DNA of 64,000 nt from Pseudobdellovibrionaceae bacterium (lineage in GTDB: Bacteria > Bdellovibrionota > Bdellovibrionia > Bdellovibrionales > UBA1609): NCBI GenBank assembly GCA_030591685.1, contig JAUVAX010000001.1:28873-92872 (forward strand), in the 5' to 3' direction. Below are positions 57,956 to 64,000 of the stretch, piece by piece. The notes beneath the pieces are model-generated. The model made no database searches. It had not been told where the DNA came from and saw only the letters and a list, made by a program, of their open reading frames with translations. Each line of letters begins with the position of its first letter. Position 1 is the stretch's first letter. Both the position numbers and the translations under genes were made by a program.

Positions 57956-58530
57956 TTGCACTGCTCAGGGGTAAAGCGACAGCTCTCCATGAAAACACTT
58001 TAATCGTTGATGTTAATGGCGTTGGCTACGAAGTCACGTGCTCGGAACTCACAAAATTTGACCTCCTTGAAAAGGAGTACTGTAAAGTCCTCATACATAC
58101 ACACGTTCGAGAAGATGCCATTGTATTATTTGGCTTTTCAACACCCATAGAAAAACAGATGTTTTTATCCTTAGTTAAGGTCAATGGCATTGGCCCTAAA
58201 ATGGCCATGACTATTCTTTCAGCGGGGTCAGTGGAGAGTATTTTAAAATTTATTGACGAAGGTGATGTCAAGGGGCTTTCAAGTTTACCAAAAATTGGCA
58301 AAAAGAAAGCCGAGCAAATCATTTTAACTTTAAAGGGTAAGCTTATTATTGAAGACCAAAACAAAACCCTCTCTACGTTTTTATCACGTGATGATATTTG
58401 CTCTGCCCTTATACACTTAGGTTTCAAACCTAATGACGTTGCACTTGTCGTTGACAAAATGGATAGCTCTATAGACCTACAAACAGGGGTTCGCATAGGC
58501 CTCTCAGCCCTCACGCAGGCCCAAATTTAA
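57952..58530 (+). CDS. ruvA: Holliday-junction DNA helicase subunit RuvA
   Basis: MIALLRGK..VDVNGVGYEV, HhH region LVKVNGIGPKMA and LPKIGKKKAEQI. ATGA overlap with ruvC. Confidence 0.9.
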   Translation: MIALLRGKATALHENTLIVDVNGVGYEVTCSELTKFDLLEKEYCKVLIHTHVREDAIVLFGFSTPIEKQMFLSLVKVNGIGPKMAMTILSAGSVESILKFIDEGDVKGLSSLPKIGKKKAEQIILTLKGKLIIEDQNKTLSTFLSRDDICSALIHLGFKPNDVALVVDKMDSSIDLQTGVRIGLSALTQAQI

Positions 58531-58539
58531 GGAGAATCC

Positions 58540-59538
58540 ATGGAATTGGACAAGCAACCCATCACTACTAATAAAAAACAGTCCTCTGATAAAAAGGAAG
58601 TTTCTCTTCGCCCAAAAGTTTTTGAAGAGTTCCCGGGCCAAGATGTTGTGAAAAATAAACTTAAAGTTTTTGTTCAAGCGGCACAAAAGCGCAAAGAACC
58701 CCTTGATCACACACTCCTTTGTGGCCCTCCGGGACTCGGCAAAACTACACTTGCAAATATCATTGCAAAACAATTAGGGGTCGAGATGGTCACCACCTCT
58801 GGCCCCGCTCTTCATAAAAAGGGGGACCTTGCGGCCCTACTTACAAGCTTAAAGCCTCATCAAGTTTTTTTTATTGACGAAATCCACCGCCTCTCTCGTG
58901 ATGTTGAGGAGTATTTATACTCAGCAATGGAGGACTTTTTTTTAGACATTGTCACTGGCGATGGGCTTGGCGCTCGGTCTATCAAGTTCCCCATAGCTCC
59001 GTTTACACTTGTGGGGGCGACAACACGATCAGGACTGCTTAAGTCCCCTTTTAGAGATCGCTTTGGTATCGTTGAGCGACTTTCTTTTTATGATACCGAT
59101 TCGTTAGTTCAAATTTTAAATCGATCCAGCCAGATACTTAAAATTAACCTGGCTCCCGAAGGAGCTTATGAAATTTCTAAGCGAAGTCGGGGCACCCCAC
59201 GCATAGCCAATCGACTCTTAAAAAGAGTTCGAGACTATGCCCAAGTCATGGGCAACGGCCATATTGATGATGAAATGGCCAGTTTTGCGCTCAATAAGTT
59301 AGAAGTGGATCAGCTGGGGCTTGATCAAATGGACCGTAGAATTCTCTCACTGATTTATGAAAAGTTCTCTGGAGGCCCTGTGGGCATTGATACCCTTTCA
59401 GCGGCTCTTAGCGAAGACGCAAATACCCTTGAGGAGGTTTACGAACCTTACCTTATTCAACAGGGTTTTTTACAAAGAACACCTCGAGGGAGGGTGCTTA
59501 CAGACAGCATAAAAGAGCACCTCGACAAAACCATATAA
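58540..59538 (+). CDS. ruvB: Holliday-junction DNA helicase RuvB
   Basis: [12 protein letters not shown], Walker [10 protein letters not shown], Walker [24 protein letters not shown]. Confidence 0.95.
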   Translation: MELDKQPITTNKKQSSDKKEVSLRPKVFEEFPGQDVVKNKLKVFVQAAQKRKEPLDHTLLCGPPGLGKTTLANIIAKQLGVEMVTTSGPALHKKGDLAALLTSLKPHQVFFIDEIHRLSRDVEEYLYSAMEDFFLDIVTGDGLGARSIKFPIAPFTLVGATTRSGLLKSPFRDRFGIVERLSFYDTDSLVQILNRSSQILKINLAPEGAYEISKRSRGTPRIANRLLKRVRDYAQVMGNGHIDDEMASFALNKLEVDQLGLDQMDRRILSLIYEKFSGGPVGIDTLSAALSEDANTLEEVYEPYLIQQGFLQRTPRGRVLTDSIKEHLDKTI

Positions 59539-59567
59539 CCTTTAATCAAAAAAAATCAGTTTAAAGT

Positions 59568-60476
59568 TTATTTAAACGCCCAGAGATAGCGGCCGTTTAA
59601 ATCAATTTCTGGCATGTTTGCGCCTAATTCAATAGATCTATGGCAGTCGGGGCTGTTGAGTATTTTATGAACCAGGGTATTCATTAAATCATGTCCTGTT
59701 TTATACAAAACTAAGTGACCAAGCATTGGCTTTCCAAGCATGACTATGTCCCCTAAGGCATCTAAAATTTTATGCCGTACGAATTCATCACTAAACCGAA
59801 GGCCCTCTTCGTTCACTAGAGTTTCCGTGTCGAGCACAATCGCAGTATCAGTACTGCCCCCTTTTATAAGCCCCTTAGATTTAAGGGCTTCAACATCTTT
59901 TAAAAACCCAAAGGTCCTTGCCCCAGAGATTTCTCGAGCATAGCTATGTTCATTAATATCAATATCTAAAGTTTGATGGCCAATCACCGGGTGAGAAAAT
60001 TCAATGGAGCAGGTCACCCTAAGACCATTATAAGGCTTAACGTAGGCGTGCTTCTCTTCGTTTCCAACATATATGGGCTGATCAATATAAATGTACTCCC
60101 TGGCCGCCTCTTGCTCCACCATGCCGGCACTCAATAGGGCTTCTAAAAAATGCTTGGCGCTGCCGTCACATATTGGGATCTCAGGTCCTTCTAGTTCAAC
60201 AAATAAATTATCTATACGAAATGCCGCCAGTGCGGACAAGCAATGCTCAACAGTTGAAACTGAAAAGTGCTCTCCACCAAGAGTGGTTGCATTCACTGTC
60301 GCCACAACATTTTTATTTCGAGCCGCTAAAGTTGGCCTTCCAGGCAGGTCATTTCTAACAAAAAAAATGCCGGTGTTAGCTGGAGCCGGACAAAAAGTTA
60401 ATTTGCACTCCTGACCACTGTGCAGGCCAATGCCTGAAACTTCTGCTCTCTTACGAATTGTTCTTTGTAAGTACAT
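59568..60476 (-). CDS. lpxC: UDP-3-O-acyl-N-acetylglucosamine deacetylase
   Basis: QRTIRKRAEVSGIGLHSGQ, STVEHCLSAL, FVRHKILDALGD, and TGHDL near the C-terminus. Confidence 0.92.
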   Translation of the reverse strand: MYLQRTIRKRAEVSGIGLHSGQECKLTFCPAPANTGIFFVRNDLPGRPTLAARNKNVVATVNATTLGGEHFSVSTVEHCLSALAAFRIDNLFVELEGPEIPICDGSAKHFLEALLSAGMVEQEAAREYIYIDQPIYVGNEEKHAYVKPYNGLRVTCSIEFSHPVIGHQTLDIDINEHSYAREISGARTFGFLKDVEALKSKGLIKGGSTDTAIVLDTETLVNEEGLRFSDEFVRHKILDALGDIVMLGKPMLGHLVLYKTGHDLMNTLVHKILNSPDCHRSIELGANMPEIDLNGRYLWAFK

Positions 60477-60654
60477 AATATTATAAGTATTTGAGACGCC
60501 TGATAAAATAGCAACCTAAATTTCCCCTCTCCTGATTATATGAAATAATTTTAAAGACCCTGCTTTTGATCTCCATCAATTAAAAGACTGGCTCTTTAGC
60601 TATTTCTTAAGAATTTTCCGTTACTTACAAGCCCAGCCCGGCTATATTGTGGGT

Positions 60655-60918
60655 ATGAAATTAATTTTTGCGCTTATCTTTTTGACACTTATAAACTGTG
60701 CCTCCCCAAGAGGTCCAAAGTATATTGGCCTAGAGGAGCACGATGATACAAGCGAAGCTCGAGGGCAGGCGTACTCTGGCGACGGAATTACCATCAGATA
60801 CCCCATGAAAGTCAGCGCCCCTGACTGGAAACCCTTTGAGTTTTTCTTTAAAGACTGTCACGACATCGGACCTCATTTTTATTATTCAAAAACAGCCTAC
60901 GCCTGCACTTATCCTTGA
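60655..60918 (+). CDS. Small lipoprotein, function unknown
   Basis: MKLIFALIFLTLINC lipobox. The track ORF starts 6 nt upstream at a GTG. Confidence 0.45.
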   Translation: MKLIFALIFLTLINCASPRGPKYIGLEEHDDTSEARGQAYSGDGITIRYPMKVSAPDWKPFEFFFKDCHDIGPHFYYSKTAYACTYP

Positions 60919-60949
60919 TTTCGTGAGAAACCTTTGAGAAAATTTCTTT

Positions 60950-61783
60950 ATGGAACCTGTAAACCCTGAATTTGTTGAGCGCTATCAACTTTTGCTCGAA
61001 AAAAAACCAGAATCCAAGGTTTTTGCTCCTCTTGCCGAAGCCTACCGAAAAATGGGGTTTATAAAACAAGCCATAGAGGTTTGCACAAAAGGGATCCAAC
61101 ATAACCCTCATTTTTCTAGTGGGTACATTGCCTTTGCGAGAATCTACATGGCTCAGAAAGACCTCGACTCTGCCCTAGTAAACTTGCAAAAAGCCTGTGA
61201 GCTATCCCCCGAAAATTTACTTGGGCATGAGCTTTTAGCTGAATGTTACTTGAAGCAAAAAAAAACAAAGCTCGCACTTAAAGCTTATAAAATGGTGTTA
61301 TTTTTAAATCCTCAACATCAACGAGCTGCAAAGGCCATAAAAAAACTTGAAAGCCTCACCGCTGATGAATTTGATGATGAAACATTCTTAATGGAAAAGT
61401 TACCCTTAGCTGCATATAAAATCACTCACCCCATAAGTGAGCCCAAGCATTTGGACCCTGATAGTTTGGAGCTAGAAGATACTCAGCCCCCTGAAACTTG
61501 TGAAACCATTGATCGATTTACGTCCCTTGTAGATGCCTATATAGCGCGCAATGAAATTGACAAAGCCCGAGAAACACTCATTGAAGCCGAGCGTATTTTA
61601 GGCCCAGTGGCTCAAATTATTCAAAGAAAGCCCTATGTACTCAATAATCGCACCTTTGAGCGACTAGAAGACCCTCCTGCTGAAGTCATAAAGCCTCTTA
61701 ACGACGATGAACTCAGCTCTAATGAATCTGAAAAGCTTCAGGTCCTTAAAAATCTACTCTCTCACATCGAGGGCAAAGTATAG
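60950..61783 (+). CDS. TPR-repeat protein
   Basis: Consecutive TPR motifs (LAEAYRKMGFIKQAIEVCTKGIQHNP, FARIYMAQKDLDSALVNLQKACELSP, LAECYLKQKKTKLALKAYKMVLFLNP). Confidence 0.7.
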   Translation: MEPVNPEFVERYQLLLEKKPESKVFAPLAEAYRKMGFIKQAIEVCTKGIQHNPHFSSGYIAFARIYMAQKDLDSALVNLQKACELSPENLLGHELLAECYLKQKKTKLALKAYKMVLFLNPQHQRAAKAIKKLESLTADEFDDETFLMEKLPLAAYKITHPISEPKHLDPDSLELEDTQPPETCETIDRFTSLVDAYIARNEIDKARETLIEAERILGPVAQIIQRKPYVLNNRTFERLEDPPAEVIKPLNDDELSSNESEKLQVLKNLLSHIEGKV

Positions 61784-61918
61784 TTAGCAAAATCTCTCAC
61801 GTGCATGACTCTAACTTAAATGCGCTTAAAACCGATGATAAGCACTATACGGCGGCTTGCCATTATATTGTGTTTGAAATAGAATAAATTTTTGATTTTG
61901 ACTCTCAAAGGAGATCCC

Positions 61919-62488
61919 ATGGTCAGCACAAGTGACTTTAAAAAAGGCCTTAAACTTATAGTAGACGATGAGCCCTACACCATTATTGACTTCTCACATT
62001 ATAAGCCCGGAAAGGGCAACTCTATAACTAGAACAAAGCTTAAGCATCTTATAACGGGCTCTAACTTAGATAGAACCATTAAATCGGGTGAGAAGTTCAA
62101 AGTCCCAGATGTTGAGTACCAAGAAATGAACTACCTTTATGCTGATGACAGTGGGTTTAACTGCATGAACCCTACAACCTTTGAGCAAATTGCCCTCTCT
62201 AGAGATGTGGTCGGAGAAATTGCGAATTACCTCACCGAAAACCTTGAGGTGAAGGTTACTTTTTACAATGAACGAGCTGTTGCGTTAGAAGTTCCGACCA
62301 TAGTTCAGCTTACGGTACAAGACACCGAACCAGGGTTTAAAGGCAACACCGTAACCGGGGGCTCAAAGCCGGCAATTATGGATACTGGATTAAAAATTAA
62401 CGTGCCTTTACATATTAAAATTGGTGATTTCCTCAGAATAAACACTACTTCTGGCGAATATGTCGATCGAGTCTCTAAGGACTCGTAA
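61919..62488 (+). CDS. efp: Elongation factor P
   Basis: ATG at 61919 follows AAAGGAG (the track starts at an upstream TTG). MVSTSDFKKGL, HYKPGKGNSITRTKLK, and C-terminal OB domains. Confidence 0.92.
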   Translation: MVSTSDFKKGLKLIVDDEPYTIIDFSHYKPGKGNSITRTKLKHLITGSNLDRTIKSGEKFKVPDVEYQEMNYLYADDSGFNCMNPTTFEQIALSRDVVGEIANYLTENLEVKVTFYNERAVALEVPTIVQLTVQDTEPGFKGNTVTGGSKPAIMDTGLKINVPLHIKIGDFLRINTTSGEYVDRVSKDS

Positions 62489-62559
62489 ATAACAAAATTG
62501 GGCGACGCATAAACCCTCGATCTCTCCTTAAAACCCTATAAACTTTAAATGAGGTTTAT

Positions 62560-63597
62560 GTGTCTAACAGTATGGAAATTCATATTAATAAATCCCTGAA
62601 GTCCAAAGAAGAGGTCTCAAAGATCGGCCTTCGCCTGGCAACAGAAGCCATTGAGGGAAAGCACGATAAAGAGTCTCTAGTTTCACTTTCTTATTTTTTA
62701 CTGCAAACAAATCAAATTGACCTTATCGGAAAACTTTCCATAGGAACCTTGAAGTATCAAAAATTTTTAGCCGTTACTCCACTACTAATAGCGCTCCGTC
62801 AAACAAAGAAATTTGACGAAAGCGAGGCCCTTCCTTTTTTTATAACTGCCGCAGAAGAAACCCAGCAAACAGAGCAGCTTATTCAAGTCACCAATATTAA
62901 ATCTAAAGACTTAGTCAATCTTCGAGAACAAGTAATCAAAAAACTTCATGAAAAGTATAATCACAGAAAATTTGAACTTCTAGAGAAAATTAATTTTTTT
63001 AAATCAGAAAAATTATTCGATCAAGAAAAAATAACCCTCCAGCAGTTAGAGCAAGAGTTCCCTAACCACCTTGGGATTGACTCCCTTATCTCAGATTGCC
63101 AAAATAGATCAGCCGCTTATGTTTTAAATCAACAAAATTTTAAAAAACCGTGGGGAGATTTTGAAAGGCCTCTCCCTCTGACCTCAGAAGAAGATAAGTT
63201 ATTATCTCTATTTGAAAAAGAGCTCAATTTACTCTGCAAAAAAAAACCTCAAAGTAGCTATAATTTTGCTCTTCTTTTTTACTTTCTAGGGGACCTTGAT
63301 CGATCATTAAAAATGTTAACTCATGCTCCCGACTCATCATCAACTGAATGGCTAAAACTAGAAATTATGATCGAAAATCGACATTTTGTAAGTGCGCTTG
63401 AGCTCGCCTCAATACTTGAGAGCAAATACGCACATGACCCGGAGACAAACTTTGCTTGCGTGTACGCAAAGGCCAGGTGCCACTGGGGCCTTAACAAAGT
63501 TAACTCCGCAATTAACCTGATCTCAAACCTTGTTCTCGTGCGAGCTGATTACCGTTCAGCTCAAACACTCCTCTCCAAGTGGAACGGCGGCCTCTAA
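62560..63597 (+). CDS. Helical-repeat (TPR-like) protein, function unknown
   Basis: GTG start after GAGG. Helix-rich sequence. TAATG coupling to the downstream gene. Confidence 0.45.
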   Translation: MSNSMEIHINKSLKSKEEVSKIGLRLATEAIEGKHDKESLVSLSYFLLQTNQIDLIGKLSIGTLKYQKFLAVTPLLIALRQTKKFDESEALPFFITAAEETQQTEQLIQVTNIKSKDLVNLREQVIKKLHEKYNHRKFELLEKINFFKSEKLFDQEKITLQQLEQEFPNHLGIDSLISDCQNRSAAYVLNQQNFKKPWGDFERPLPLTSEEDKLLSLFEKELNLLCKKKPQSSYNFALLFYFLGDLDRSLKMLTHAPDSSSTEWLKLEIMIENRHFVSALELASILESKYAHDPETNFACVYAKARCHWGLNKVNSAINLISNLVLVRADYRSAQTLLSKWNGGL

Positions 63598-64000
63598 TGA
63601 AAATACGCACGGGACTCATCAAGTATTTAATTAGTCTACTTATCTTTTCAAGTTTATTTTTTACTATTGGTTTTGCTTATAAATATCATTTACCAAAAAT
63701 AGAAACTTGGCTGCTTATTGAACTTGAGCAGTATACTAAAAACAATTTACCCATGAGAGTTTACCCAAAAAAAGTGAGTTTAAAGGCGTTTCCTCTAGGG
63801 GTACAGTTTAGTGAGCTAAAGGTTCTCCCTAAATCGCCCCTAAAATCTAAGCTGGCCCCCTTTAAGGTCAAACACCTTACTGTAAGCTTAAGCTGGTTAG
63901 CCATATTAAGAGGCGAAATAAGAATCTCTAACGTTGAGTTAGACTCAGCTGAGCTCTCGATACTTGTAAAAAATGAGTTTAAGCCTAAAAGTAATATGGC
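63597..64000 (+). CDS. Membrane-anchored protein, AsmA/TamB-like N-terminus, 3'-truncated by window edge
   Basis: Not in the ORF track. ATG at 63597 overlaps the upstream TAA, and the frame stays open for 134 codons to the window end. It begins MKIRTGLIKYLISLLIFSSLFFTIGFAY (TM), followed by short beta-like segments (FKVKHLTVSLSW, IRISNVELDSAELSILV). Confidence 0.55.
   Translation, partial: MKIRTGLIKYLISLLIFSSLFFTIGFAYKYHLPKIETWLLIELEQYTKNNLPMRVYPKKVSLKAFPLGVQFSELKVLPKSPLKSKLAPFKVKHLTVSLSWLAILRGEIRISNVELDSAELSILVKNEFKPKSNM

Noticed and set aside
58026-58514. 162-aa ORF antisense to ruvA.
   Set aside because: ruvA is unambiguous and coupled to ruvC and ruvB. The antisense translation is Ser/Arg/Cys-rich with no recognisable domain.
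1-64000. Some forty 60-115-aa ORFs in the track that lie inside or antisense to longer, well-supported genes (for example 2582..2878, 3383..3601, 4020..4289, 5049..5366, 7344..7622, 15069..15338, 27739..28065, 35304..35645, 48048..48401, 56269..56571, 60091..60414).
   Set aside because: Each is fully nested in or antisense to an ORF with clear family signatures. They have biased low-complexity translations, no RBS context and no recognisable motifs. I treat them as frame shadows.
1-64000. Search by eye for CRISPR arrays, rRNA, tRNA, tmRNA, group II intron or retron-like structures in all intergenic gaps longer than 150 bp (1413-1684, 15584-16085, 18770-19020, 24248-24522, 31655-32168, 34905-35229, 49717-50141, 54220-54522).
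   Set aside because: I saw no regularly spaced direct repeats, cloverleaf-compatible segments or conserved RNA signatures. tRNAscan-SE and Infernal/Rfam would be needed to exclude small structured RNAs.

Overview
AT-rich chromosomal segment from a Gram-negative bacterium (lpxC, TolC-like protein, RND pump, many lipobox lipoproteins). I call about 57 protein-coding genes. I found no rRNA, tRNA or CRISPR array by eye. Gene content (Agl/Glt-type envelope machine, RNase Y together with LPS genes, many secreted or lipoprotein unknowns, M14 and LysM peptidoglycan-related proteins, MurQ-like etherase) fits a Bdellovibrio-like predator (Bdellovibrionota, Bacteriovorax/Halobacteriovorax-like), but this lineage call is inference. 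Housekeeping genes recognised: hemF, acyl-CoA dehydrogenase, ETF-ubiquinone oxidoreductase, thiolase, pip, rny, ald, ruvCAB, lpxC, efp, xerD, comM/yifB, rlmI. The main finding is a tightly coupled 10-gene minus-strand operon (5869-15583). It encodes a TolQ-like channel, two TolR/ExbD-like proteins, a 973-aa TPR protein, a small secreted protein, a TonB-C/AgmX-PglI-like inner-membrane protein, a lipoprotein, an OM beta-barrel, a TPR protein and a VWA lipoprotein with an intact MIDAS motif. This looks like a compact single-locus Agl/Glt (myxobacterial gliding/Nfs-type) machine with a CglB-like adhesin candidate encoded in cis. Directly upstream lies a repeat-dense intergenic island (15655-17609). 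It holds GAGTG-type repeat arrays, a 15-bp exact direct repeat, an 11-bp inverted repeat bracketing a small secreted-protein ORF, two divergent sigma54-like -24/-12 elements, and a RAYT-type Y1 transposase flanked by inverted REP-like motifs. Other items worth a second look: an RND/TolC operon with no recognisable membrane-fusion adaptor, an internally duplicated pseudo-receiver/PilZ-like protein, a split comEC, a LysM protein with acidic 14-aa tandem repeats, a second VWA paralogue with a degenerate MIDAS, and an APC permease fused to tandem USP domains. Two edge-truncated genes missing from the ORF track were recovered by reading the frames (1-675 and 63597-64000).
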